Positions 27,903-37,125 of a stretch of DNA of 64,000 bases are shown piece by piece. This DNA is from Syntrophales bacterium. Lineage in GTDB: Bacteria > Desulfobacterota > Syntrophia > Syntrophales > UBA2210. The position numbers and the translations under genes are program-made. The notes beneath the pieces were generated by a model. It was not told where the DNA came from and did no database searches. It saw nothing but the letters and a program-made list of their open reading frames with translations. Positions within the stretch are counted from its first letter, which is position 1, and every line of letters begins with the position of its first letter. The stretch covers positions 1,664,001-1,728,000 of the forward strand of contig CAXXNF010000002.1 of the NCBI GenBank assembly GCA_963666365.2, in the 5' to 3' direction.

Positions 27903-28754
27903 TTATATAATCGCTTCCCTGTGCCGTGCCACATGACATTGAATGTTGACCGCCACGGGAAGGCTCGCAATGTGGCAGGGCGCCATCTCGACATGCACCG
28001 CCAGGGCCGTGGTTCTACCGCCGTACCCCTGAGGTCCGATTCCGAGGGCGTTTATTTCAGCCAGAAGTGTTTCCTCCAGTTCCGCCAGTCGCGGATCTTT
28101 AGCGTTTGGAAGACCCAGTGTCCGCGCGAGGGCCTTTTTTGCCAGGATGGCAGATGTTTCCATTGTGCCTCCGATTCCTACGCCCACGACGACTGGCGGG
28201 CAGGGATTGGGTCCTGCCTGCCTGACCGTTTCAATTACCTGTTGTAGTATTCCCTCGACCCCGTCGGAAGGCGTAAGCATTTTTACCGTGCTCATATTCT
28301 CGCTTCCGCCCCCTTTCGGCATGGCAACAATCCGGAGACGGTCGCCTTCAACAATTTCCGTGTGGATTACCGCCGGGACATTGTCCCCCGTGTTTTCCCT
28401 CGACAGAGGATCACAGACCGACATGCGCAGGTATCCGTCCCGATATGCCTCGCGCACCCCCTGATGAATCGCATCGTTCAGGGCGCCTCCCGTCAGATGG
28501 ACGTCCTGGCCGATTTGCACGAACAGCACGGCAAGGCCCGTGTCCTGACAGAGCGGCAACGATTCTTTTCGCGCCACCTCGACATTTTCGATGATCTTTT
28601 CGAGCGCCCAGCGCCCCAGATCGGAATCTTCAGAAAGGGACGCCTTGGTGAGGGCGCCGGTCACATCGTCGCCGAGCATCCTGCTTGCCTCCAGGAAGAG
28701 CTCACGCACCCTTTTGGTAACGACACTGACCGATATTTCGCGCACTGCACTCAT
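27903..28754 (-). CDS. class I fumarate hydratase alpha subunit
   Basis: PLCQDTG, KGGGSEN, NPCPP, PCHIASLP..CH. Confidence 0.92.
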   Translation of the reverse strand: MSAVREISVSVVTKRVRELFLEASRMLGDDVTGALTKASLSEDSDLGRWALEKIIENVEVARKESLPLCQDTGLAVLFVQIGQDVHLTGGALNDAIHQGVREAYRDGYLRMSVCDPLSRENTGDNVPAVIHTEIVEGDRLRIVAMPKGGGSENMSTVKMLTPSDGVEGILQQVIETVRQAGPNPCPPVVVGVGIGGTMETSAILAKKALARTLGLPNAKDPRLAELEETLLAEINALGIGPQGYGGRTTALAVHVEMAPCHIASLPVAVNIQCHVARHREAII

Positions 28755-28763
28755 GGCCTGACG

Positions 28764-29363
28764 TTACGCTCCCCGACGAAATTCAATGGCCTTTGCCATG
28801 GTCATCTTGTCTACATATTTCAGGCTGCCTCCCACGGGCACGCCCAAGGCGATTCGGGTAATTGAGAGGGGAAACCCCTCGAGCACCCTTTTAATAAGAA
28901 GGGCCGTCGATTCACCCTGCACGCTGGGATTGGTGGCGATGAACACCTCTTTGATGCCGTCTCCCTCAACCCGCCGCACCAGCTCGGCGAGTCGCAGCTG
29001 ATCGGGACCGATCCCCTCGGCTGGAGAAAGGACGCCGTGCAACACATGATAGGTTCCTCGAAACCCCCCGCTCTCTTCAATTGCGACAAGGGCATCGGTA
29101 TCCTCCACCACACAGATGATTCCCCTGTCTCTTGATGGGTCACTGCATATTTCACAGAGTTCTTTTTCCGTAAGGTTGAAACAGACAGGACAGAGTTTGA
29201 TTTTCTTCTTCACCTCCATCACGCTCTGGGCGAACCCGGCCATGTCGGTCTCGGAAGCCTGAAGTACGAAGGTGGCCAATCGCGCCGCCGTCTTTTCGCC
29301 GATGCCGGGAAACTTGGCAAATTCTGCAATCAGCCGACGAATAGGAAGTGGATAACCCGTCAT
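28764..29363 (-). CDS. recR: recombination mediator RecR
   Basis: PGIGEKTA, C4 zinc finger, YHVLHG, ATNP..GE. Confidence 0.96.
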   Translation of the reverse strand: MTGYPLPIRRLIAEFAKFPGIGEKTAARLATFVLQASETDMAGFAQSVMEVKKKIKLCPVCFNLTEKELCEICSDPSRDRGIICVVEDTDALVAIEESGGFRGTYHVLHGVLSPAEGIGPDQLRLAELVRRVEGDGIKEVFIATNPSVQGESTALLIKRVLEGFPLSITRIALGVPVGGSLKYVDKMTMAKAIEFRRGA

Positions 29364-29370
29364 CGCGTTT

Positions 29371-29682
29371 CTACATCAACCCCGGAATATTAATGCCGCC
29401 GGTGAGTTTCGCCATTTCTTCCTGCGTCATTTCCTGAACCTTGCGGAGCCCTTCGTTGACCGCCGCCATCACGAGGTCCTGAAGCATGTCGATGTCGTCG
29501 GGATCAACCACATCCCGCTCGATACTCAGCGACACCACTTCATTCTTCCCGTTTACCACCGCCGTGACCATGCCGCCGCCCGAGGTGGCCTCAACGGTCT
29601 TGTTGGCAAGTTCCTCCTGGAGCTTCAGCATTTTTGACTGCATCTGCTGTGCCTGTTTCATAAGTTTTCCGAAATTCTGCAC
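29371..29682 (-). CDS. ybaB: YbaB/EbfC nucleoid-associated protein
   Basis: KQAQQMQ..SGGGMV..LQDLVMAAVN; between dnaX and recR. Confidence 0.95.
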   Translation of the reverse strand: MQNFGKLMKQAQQMQSKMLKLQEELANKTVEATSGGGMVTAVVNGKNEVVSLSIERDVVDPDDIDMLQDLVMAAVNEGLRKVQEMTQEEMAKLTGGINIPGLM

Positions 29683-29745
29683 CAACGCATCTACCTCCTG
29701 ATTATTTGGCGCCCGTCGTCTGTCGACTCCCGCGACAGGCAATCC

Positions 29746-31479
29746 CTATTTCTGATCCTTGATTTTCACATCCTTTATTTCCGCACCTTCAAACGTATCC
29801 ATCACTTTTTGCACCAGGGGATGCCGCAGCGCGGTGCTTCGAATCTCATCTAGCGACCGCGCCTTTTCCGCTCCACCATTGAGCCCGTTGTAACTGCTCT
29901 CCTCGCTCACCTCGATTTTCACCTCCACCTCGACGCCGGCACACTCACTTATCACACGGTTCATCTGACTGAGGTGTTCTTCATCTCGTATGCTGTCAAG
30001 AAACACATGTCCCGGAGGAAAGCCGATTTTCAGATGCCCCTGATCAAACCCGATGAACTCGCCACAGGTCACTTTTGAACAGAGGATCGGATTTTCTCTC
30101 TTGAGGCGTTCTTTGAAATGTTCCCACTGGGCCTGCCCTGTTTTTTCCCGGGAAAGGTCATAGACTTCCCTCTTTTCCGGCGCGGTGCCTTTATCACGGG
30201 ATTCTTCATCTCCGCGAAGAGAGGAATCAGGCGCCTCTTTCGGCACGTGCGCTCTTTCGCCCTCCGCTATTTTCGCGTCGGAGGACCGGGAAGCGCCGGC
30301 GCCCCGCGAACGGGGGTGCGCTTCTCCCGTCAAAGTCAGTCGTTGTTCCAGTTCTTCCAGTCGCGACACCATTTCATCAATGGGTATCAGGGGTTCGAGA
30401 GAGGCCATCTTAACCAGCACATACTCGAAAAAAAGCCGCGGTTCTTCTGAACGCCGCATATCATCCTCACCGGCCATCAACATATCCAGCAGGCGTTGTA
30501 CCGTTTTCCCTGAAACGCCCTGAATCTGCTTCTTCAGCTCGGCCCGTTCCTCCTCAGCGAGATCGGCGAGCAGTCCCTCGTGATTCGACAGTGCGGCCAC
30601 CAGCAGATTCATAAAATGATGTGTGAAAAGTTGATAAAACTGCTTCAAATCAACGCCGGAGTAATACATCTCATCGACGAGGGCGAGACACTGCCCCGCT
30701 TTTCGTTCCAGCACCGCCTGTGCGAGCCCGCTCAGGTAGCGCCGATCTTTCAAGCCGAGCACCTCCTCGATATCCTCGTCGGCAATTTCGTAGCCGGCAT
30801 AGGATATGACCTGGTCGAAGAGGCTTTGGGCGTCCCGAAGACTCCCTTCACCTGCACGGGCGATCCAGGCAACGCCCCGTCCGCTGATGGATATTTTTTC
30901 TTCCTTTGCGATATGGGCGAGATTTCCGGCGATTTGCTCAAGTGAGATCCTCTTAAAATCGAAGTGCTGACAACGGGACAGAATGGTCGCCGGCACCTTG
31001 TGGATTTCGGTGGTTGCAAAGACAAACACCACATGGCGGGGCGGTTCTTCGAGGGTCTTGAGAAGGGCGTTAAAGGCCTCTTTCGTCAACATATGCACTT
31101 CATCGATAATGTATATTTTATAGGTCGAAGAGGCCGCGGAAAATTTTATGTTTTCTTTTAGCTCCCGGATTTCGTCGATGCCCCGGTTAGAGGCCCCGTC
31201 AATTTCACGTACATCCAGGGACGCGCTGTCCGTAATTGCCCTGCAATTCGCGCATTGATTGCAGGGTCTGTCGGTTGGACCTTCCTCACAGTTCAATGCC
31301 TTGGCAAGGATGCGCGCCACCGTTGTTTTGCCGGTGCCGCGGGGACCGCTGAAGAGGTAGGCGTGGGCGGTGCGATTCATGGCAATGGCATTGCGCAGTG
31401 TTTTTACGACGTGATCCTGTCCCACCACATCTTCAAAGACCTGGGGTCTCCATTTACGGGCCAGAACGAGGTATTCCAT
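29746..31479 (-). CDS. dnaX: DNA polymerase III subunit gamma/tau
   Basis: LARKWRP, GPRGTGKT, DEVHML, FNALLKTLEEPP, SRC. Confidence 0.97.
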   Translation of the reverse strand: MEYLVLARKWRPQVFEDVVGQDHVVKTLRNAIAMNRTAHAYLFSGPRGTGKTTVARILAKALNCEEGPTDRPCNQCANCRAITDSASLDVREIDGASNRGIDEIRELKENIKFSAASSTYKIYIIDEVHMLTKEAFNALLKTLEEPPRHVVFVFATTEIHKVPATILSRCQHFDFKRISLEQIAGNLAHIAKEEKISISGRGVAWIARAGEGSLRDAQSLFDQVISYAGYEIADEDIEEVLGLKDRRYLSGLAQAVLERKAGQCLALVDEMYYSGVDLKQFYQLFTHHFMNLLVAALSNHEGLLADLAEEERAELKKQIQGVSGKTVQRLLDMLMAGEDDMRRSEEPRLFFEYVLVKMASLEPLIPIDEMVSRLEELEQRLTLTGEAHPRSRGAGASRSSDAKIAEGERAHVPKEAPDSSLRGDEESRDKGTAPEKREVYDLSREKTGQAQWEHFKERLKRENPILCSKVTCGEFIGFDQGHLKIGFPPGHVFLDSIRDEEHLSQMNRVISECAGVEVEVKIEVSEESSYNGLNGGAEKARSLDEIRSTALRHPLVQKVMDTFEGAEIKDVKIKDQK

Positions 31480-31538
31480 TAAAGACTCCCACGATTCGCA
31501 TCAATAGGGTAAAATATTCTGCAGCATGCTGCCGCATG

Positions 31539-31671
31539 GAGACCTTTGCAGAACCTCATAAAATTATAAATTTCGTCATACCGGCTAAGACCGGTATCCA
31601 GTTTTTTCAAGCACTTTCTGGATTCCGGGTCAAGCCCGGAATGACAGAAAAGGGAATTATGCAAAGGTCTC
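31539..31671. mobile_element. MITE-like element enclosing a REP-like dyad
   Basis: 12-bp inverted repeats GAGACCTTTGCA / TGCAAAGGTCTC; internal GTCATACCGG..ATCCAG / CTGGATTCCGGG..GAATGAC. Confidence 0.65.
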
Positions 31672-31681
31672 GCATAAAGAC

Positions 31682-31784
31682 TGACAGCCAGGTTACCCCG
31701 GAGCAAACGTCGAAATTGCTGCCGCTGCTTCCTTCCGGACCTGACGGGGTTCACAATACGCCGTTCCCCGGGACCTGGCTGTCA
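31682..31784 (-). ncRNA. ffs: signal recognition particle RNA (4.5S)
   Basis: GTCAGGTCCGGAAGGAAGCAGC core inside a long hairpin, upstream of dnaX. Confidence 0.96.
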
Positions 31785-31803
31785 TTTCGCGCCTGAAATA
31801 AAA

Positions 31804-31898
<95 letters not shown>

Positions 31899-31945
31899 GT
31901 AGAATCTCTATAAGACCAGGCGCACCGGGCGCCTTTTTCATCAAA

Positions 31946-32039
31946 TGGCGGAGAGAGGGGGATTCGAACCCCCGTGAGGGCTTTTGGCCCCCAAGTCGAT
32001 TTCGAGTCGACCCCGTTACGACCACTTCGGTACCTCTCC
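31946..32039 (-). tRNA. tRNA-Ser(CGA)
   Basis: GTCGA-CTCGAAA-TCGAC anticodon arm, long variable arm, CCA end. Confidence 0.96.
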
Positions 32040-32055
32040 GCAATTTAAACCGCAC

Positions 32056-32517
32056 TCATACCCTCTTTTTTCTAAAAAATCTACTCAAAATTTCACCGCA
32101 TTCACTTTCGAGCACGCCGCCCCGCACCTCAGCAACGTGATTCAGCTTTCCATCGTCAAAAATGCGATAGAGCGACGAGAGGCCGCCCCCCTTGGGGTCG
32201 GCGGCGCCGTATACCACCCGGGCGATCCTGGCCTGAACAATGGCGCCGACACACATGATGCAGGGTTCCAGGGTGACGTAGAGAGTCGCACCGGTAAGTC
32301 GATAATTTCCCAGTTTTTTCGAAGATTCCCTAATGGCAAGCACCTCCGCATGGGCCGTGGGATCACCCGTCGACACCGGGCAGTTATGGGCGCGCGCTGT
32401 CACCGCTCCCTGATACACCACGGCCGCCCCGATGGGCACCTCGTCCTCACTGAAGGCCGTCTTCGCCTCTTCGAGCGCAATATTCATAAACAGTTCGTCT
32501 TGATCGTCACCAATCAT
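32056..32517 (-). CDS. tadA: tRNA adenosine(34) deaminase
   Basis: EVPIGA, DPTAHAE, TLEPCIMC. Confidence 0.95.
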   Translation of the reverse strand: MIGDDQDELFMNIALEEAKTAFSEDEVPIGAAVVYQGAVTARAHNCPVSTGDPTAHAEVLAIRESSKKLGNYRLTGATLYVTLEPCIMCVGAIVQARIARVVYGAADPKGGGLSSLYRIFDDGKLNHVAEVRGGVLESECGEILSRFFRKKRV

Positions 32518-32657
32518 GCAGCATCATCCTCAGTTAAAGATCACCCTCAACCATCAGGGGATATGACTTTTTGCGGTACCGTCAATCCTGTTGCCACATC
32601 ACAATCATCTTGCTTCGCCCATCTGCTTCCGCTATAGTGCAGGAGGTGACGAAAACC

Positions 32658-33218
32658 ATGATTTCAAACAGGATATTCCTTATCACTATAGTAATTTCCC
32701 TTGCGCTTCATGTGGCCTTGCTGGCCGTGGCGGGGTTTATCGATATCGGAACCAGCCGCACCCATTCCGATCCCCTCATCGTCTCGCTTGAGGACCCGCC
32801 TGCCGGACCTGATCCTGTCGGCACTGAGGAAGAAGTTAGCACACCATCGCAGGACTTGTCGATGAATACTTCAGACAATGTCGGACCGATACGGGAAGAT
32901 ACGGTTGAACTCGACACAATGCACAGCAAATATGACATATATCTCGCCTACTTGAGGGGAAAGATAGAGCGTGAATGGCGCTATCCCCGGCAGGCGCAGC
33001 ATGCTCAGAAGGAAGGAATCGCAATAATTCTGTTTACGATCACCGACAGGGGGAGGCTGTCTGAAACCCTTGTCGTCGGGTCATCGGGATGCCCCGTCCT
33101 TGATGATGAATCGATACGAACCATACAATCGGCTGCGCCCTTCGAACCATTGCCGGTCACGTTCAATCTCTCCAGATTGAACATTGTCGCTGCCTTTGAC
33201 TACAGGATCACGAATTAA
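32658..33218 (+). CDS. TonB C-terminal domain protein
   Basis: N-terminal TM with SLALH; WRYP..A..EG; SSG..LD; AAPF.PLP. Confidence 0.85.
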   Translation: MISNRIFLITIVISLALHVALLAVAGFIDIGTSRTHSDPLIVSLEDPPAGPDPVGTEEEVSTPSQDLSMNTSDNVGPIREDTVELDTMHSKYDIYLAYLRGKIEREWRYPRQAQHAQKEGIAIILFTITDRGRLSETLVVGSSGCPVLDDESIRTIQSAAPFEPLPVTFNLSRLNIVAAFDYRITN

Positions 33219-33228
33219 AGCAACCGCT

Positions 33229-34458
33229 ATGAACAACGAAAAGAAGATCGTCCTTTTTACCGGAGCCGCGCACTATCTGACCCATTTTTATGAACTTGCC
33301 TTCCCCGCGCTGGCAATACCGCTGATGCGATCCCTGAACATGGACCTTGCCGATGTACTGAAGCTGGGATTTTTCATGTACCTCCTTTATGGAGTCGCCG
33401 CGCTGCCGGCGGGCATTGCCGCCGACCGGTTCGGAAATCGCAAAAGCCTGATCGTGTTTTTTCTTGGCGCCGGCGCCGGCGCCATGGTGACTTCGTTTTC
33501 ACAGTCCCCCCTCTCGCTTTCGGTTTCACTTGCCTTCATCGGACTCTTTGCCAGCATCTATCACCCGGCGGGCATGGGATTGATTTCCATCGGGGTAAAA
33601 AATCGCGGCATGGCCCTCGGCATTAACGGGGTTGCCGGCAACATCGGCCTCGTGAGTGCGCCCTTTGTGGCGGGGCTGCTGAACTGGCTCGTCGGATGGC
33701 AGATCACCTACCTGCTGATCGGCATCTTTTCGATCGCCTGGGGGGTGTTTCTCTTTTTCACATCCATCGACGAGACGCCGATTCATGTTCATGAAAGGTC
33801 CACCGGGGGAACGACTGAAGGAACGAACAATTACCTGCGGTATTTTGCGATTCTCTGCGTGATCATGACACTGGCAGGGCTTGCCTATCGGGCAAACAGT
33901 GTCATTCTGCCGGCATATCTCGAACTGAAGGCGAGTTTCCTCTGGGATCTATTCAACCGCCTGTCGGTGACAAACGCTGCAGGCGCGAAAACGATGGCGG
34001 CAACGCTTCTCGCCTCGGCAATTTATACCATCGGCATCTTCGGACAGCTGCTCGGAGGAAGACTTGCCGACAGGTACGATCTTCGCTGGCTCTATCTGCT
34101 GTTTCACGCAATGAGCCTTCCTTTTGTCATCGCAATGGGATTTTTCAGCCAGGAGCTCCTGGTGCTGTCCGCCGGGCTCTACATTTTGTTTTCACTGGGC
34201 ATGCAACCTATAGAAAACAGCCTCGTGGCTACCTTTACCCCGAGCCGCTGGAGAAGCACCAGCTACGGCATCAAATTCATTCTCACCTTCGGGGTGGGGT
34301 CTCTTGCCGTGTATATTGTGGGCTGGATAAAGGATGCCTGGAATCTGGGAACGGTATACTATTTCATGGGCGGCATCATTGCGGTGTTCGTTTTACTTAT
34401 CTGTCTGCTGATACTGGCGTCACGGAATGTATCGATACGGAACATTCCCCATCGATAA
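33229..34458 (+). CDS. MFS transporter
   Basis: About 12 TM segments; GIAADRFG, SIYHPAG, GGRLADRY. Confidence 0.9.
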   Translation: MNNEKKIVLFTGAAHYLTHFYELAFPALAIPLMRSLNMDLADVLKLGFFMYLLYGVAALPAGIAADRFGNRKSLIVFFLGAGAGAMVTSFSQSPLSLSVSLAFIGLFASIYHPAGMGLISIGVKNRGMALGINGVAGNIGLVSAPFVAGLLNWLVGWQITYLLIGIFSIAWGVFLFFTSIDETPIHVHERSTGGTTEGTNNYLRYFAILCVIMTLAGLAYRANSVILPAYLELKASFLWDLFNRLSVTNAAGAKTMAATLLASAIYTIGIFGQLLGGRLADRYDLRWLYLLFHAMSLPFVIAMGFFSQELLVLSAGLYILFSLGMQPIENSLVATFTPSRWRSTSYGIKFILTFGVGSLAVYIVGWIKDAWNLGTVYYFMGGIIAVFVLLICLLILASRNVSIRNIPHR

Positions 34459-34489
34459 TGCCTGTACACGGCGGGAACGGTCTTTCCTC

Positions 34490-35074
34490 TTATTTGTTCA
34501 TCAACTTGACTTTGACGTGTTTTCTGCAGGCGGTCAGAGGACGTTCGTCCTTCGTCAGCTTCATGTGCATGATGGCCCCTTCCCAACTGTTCAGAATAAA
34601 CTGCGCCGTCTCTTCCGGGTCCACTTCCGCCGGGATGTCGCCGGTGCGCTGTCCCTCCTTGAGACAGGCCTCGATACAGGCGCTCAGACGTGAATACACC
34701 TGGATGATTCGCTCACGAAAGGTGTCGCTGAGATCGGCCATCTCCTGCATCATATTGCCGATGGGACAGCCGTACCTGAAATTGAGCTTTTCGAAACGCC
34801 GCTGATTCATTTCCAGCAGGCGATCAATGCGCTCTAGGGAAGGAATTGACGTGTCCTGGAGATAGGTTAGGGTATTGGCAACGAGAATTTCTCCATAGTA
34901 ATCGATGATGTGCAGACCTAAATCTTCCTTGTTTTTAAAATAAAAATAAAATGAACCCTTGGGGATACCTGCGGCATCGAGAATCTCCTGGATTCCCGTA
35001 TTGTTGAACCCCCTGGCATGGACCAGATGCGCCCCTTTTTTAATGATCCTGAGTTTTGTGTCGTTCTTGGTCAT
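34490..35074 (-). CDS. TetR-family regulator (NemR/AcuR-like)
   Basis: GFNNTGIQEIL..GIPKGSFYFYFKNKE; GCPIGN; WEGA. Confidence 0.92.
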   Translation of the reverse strand: MTKNDTKLRIIKKGAHLVHARGFNNTGIQEILDAAGIPKGSFYFYFKNKEDLGLHIIDYYGEILVANTLTYLQDTSIPSLERIDRLLEMNQRRFEKLNFRYGCPIGNMMQEMADLSDTFRERIIQVYSRLSACIEACLKEGQRTGDIPAEVDPEETAQFILNSWEGAIMHMKLTKDERPLTACRKHVKVKLMNK

Positions 35075-35096
35075 AGTATCATTATACTGAAGAAAA

Positions 35097-35122
35097 GAGG
35101 GCGGCGCCGCGGCGCCGCCCTC
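35097..35122 (-). terminator. GC-rich hairpin terminator
   Basis: Perfect palindrome GAGGGCGGCGCCGCGGCGCCGCCCTC followed by TTTTCTT on the minus strand. Confidence 0.7.
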
Positions 35123-35170
35123 ATAGAATCAATAGAGAGCATTACCGGCATTCACCGGCAACGCCTGCCT

Positions 35171-36646
35171 TTAGTCTTTCGTCATACCGGCGATTCTTCG
35201 GACCAGGTTTTTTCTCTCTTCGATGTCGTACTGCGTCGTAATGGCGATCTGCTCCATAACCGGCGATCCGCCGCCGTGATAGTTGCCCACATTTGAAATG
35301 CCGCCCGTGGCCGAGCAGAGTACGTCGCCCAGGTAACGCCAGAACTGGGCAATGTTCTTTGACGACACATTGGGATTGCGCATTGCGTATTTTTCAAGGA
35401 GCTCCTTTGTCTCGGGATTGACGAAGTCCTTCTCGTGGGGGAAGGTGGCCGTGACGCCGCCGGAGATGTCGCAGAGAATCTCCTGCTCATGATAGACGGC
35501 CTCGCCTGTCAGACAGCGGCCCACATTACAGTAGATGGAATTGGGAATGTAGCTTCCGGGACCGTAGGGAATGAAGCCCACGCCGGGCATGTAAAGCTCT
35601 GGCTTGCCCAGGTCGGAACCAGTGTAGCCCGCCGCATAGCCCAGTTCCGTTACCAGAATGATCTCCGCCAGCTTCTCACGCACATGACCGGCCTTCTCGA
35701 TGCCGTTCATCTCCGCCGCCAGCGCCGCCGTCCCCAGAAGCACGTCGCCGATGGCCGGCTTGCAGCCCGAGTAGCTGTGACGATGGAAGAGCGCAAAGAG
35801 AAGCGCCAGGGCACCGCCGTGCATATACTCGCCACAGAGGAATACCCGTTCCCAGGGCACAAAGCAGTCATCAAAAATCATGTAGGAGTCGGTGGAACCG
35901 GGCATGAAGCCGCGGGGAAAATGTTTCCGCTCGCGCAGGTTGTGGATGGTCACCACCTGCTTCAAGCCTTCCCAGTCGCCGGGAATGGCAAAGGCTACGG
36001 CGTAGTCCTTGTCCTTGGGACCCAGGGCACGAGTCGGCACCACCAGCACCTCGTCCGCCACCGAAGCTTCGGAAATGTGCACCTTACAGCCCGACACGAC
36101 GATACCGTCGCTCCTCTTTTCCTTGATCCGCACGTACATGTCGGGATCGACCTGCTCGTGGGGTCGTTTCATACGATCGCCCTTCACGTCGGTCTGGGCG
36201 CAGCAGCCCATCAGGTCTTCCGTCTGGAACCGCTCCAGCCACTTCTTGAAATTGGCGTGATATTCCGTGGCGCCGTTGTTCTGCTTGTCCGCCTCGTAGC
36301 TCACGTTATAGATGGCGTTTGTCGCATCGATGCCCATGCACCGCTGGATGCATCCGCCTACCTGCCTGCTCAGATAGCGGGTCATATCCTGCTTCTTGTG
36401 AAGGTCATCAGTATTCTGGTGAATATGGGTGAAGCGGTTGATCGTCTCCCCCGTCAGATGGGATTTCGCCAGCATCAGTTCCCGCACTTTGGGATCTGAA
36501 CTCTGGGCCTCATCGTAGGTCGTGCCTACCACATCGAGGCAGGGCATCTGCAACTCATCGGTACGATCGATTTTCTCTCCATCGTAATAAAGGTTCCTCT
36601 TCATCTTGCCCAGTGCTTCAATGTATTGCTCCTTGGTTCTTAACAT
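35171..36646 (-). CDS. 4-hydroxybutyryl-CoA dehydratase / HpaB-family FAD and 4Fe-4S protein
   Basis: CIQRCMG (CX3C), HRHSYSGC (HX6C), AQTDVKGDR, HGGGSP. Confidence 0.85.
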   Translation of the reverse strand: MLRTKEQYIEALGKMKRNLYYDGEKIDRTDELQMPCLDVVGTTYDEAQSSDPKVRELMLAKSHLTGETINRFTHIHQNTDDLHKKQDMTRYLSRQVGGCIQRCMGIDATNAIYNVSYEADKQNNGATEYHANFKKWLERFQTEDLMGCCAQTDVKGDRMKRPHEQVDPDMYVRIKEKRSDGIVVSGCKVHISEASVADEVLVVPTRALGPKDKDYAVAFAIPGDWEGLKQVVTIHNLRERKHFPRGFMPGSTDSYMIFDDCFVPWERVFLCGEYMHGGALALLFALFHRHSYSGCKPAIGDVLLGTAALAAEMNGIEKAGHVREKLAEIILVTELGYAAGYTGSDLGKPELYMPGVGFIPYGPGSYIPNSIYCNVGRCLTGEAVYHEQEILCDISGGVTATFPHEKDFVNPETKELLEKYAMRNPNVSSKNIAQFWRYLGDVLCSATGGISNVGNYHGGGSPVMEQIAITTQYDIEERKNLVRRIAGMTKD

Positions 36647-37056
36647 GCACATCTCCTTTTCGTTTACCCTTATATAAAGGGGTTTTTAAACACTTTCATC
36701 TCATCAATAAAAGTGCATTAATCATTTGTTTTATAGTGGCGGCAAAGGTCTCTTAGTCTTAGTGAACGGGACGGGCGGCTGCTCACCTGTAACCCTTCGA
36801 CGGCGCCTCCGTTGCCGAAACGCTGCGGGACCTTATCATGAATGACCCCTCTCGTACAACCTCCATTACAAGTAAACCGCAGCAAAGAACGCTCCCCGCA
36901 CGGCATGAGTCGCGCCTTCGCTGCGGTTCTGTGGGGACATATATCTATAACCTTTAGTAGCTGCCTCTCAACCAGGGGTTTCGCGTCTCCCGCGATAGCC
37001 CTTTATTTTTTATAATTTCATAAATTTTCTGTTTTTTCTTTTTCTAGGATGTGATA

Positions 37057-37073
37057 ATAGACCAGTCGTCTAT
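37057..37073. promoter_or_regulatory. palindromic TetR-type operator inside a minus-strand promoter
   Basis: ATAGAC-CAGTC-GTCTAT lies downstream of TTGACA (37083-37078, minus) and overlaps the TATTAT box. Confidence 0.7.
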
Positions 37074-37125
37074 ACTATGTCAAGGCTTTCTTTATAAAAA
37101 AGTTTTACTCAAGGAAGGAATAAAA

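Noticed and set aside
36742..36752. GCAAAGGTCTC matching the MITE end at 31661-31671
   Set aside because: Only 11 bp with no partner end nearby; may be chance or a remnant.
36955..37002. c-di-GMP riboswitch resemblance (GACGCGAAACC on the minus strand)
   Set aside because: The GGCAAAC/GNRA and P1 elements could not be found.
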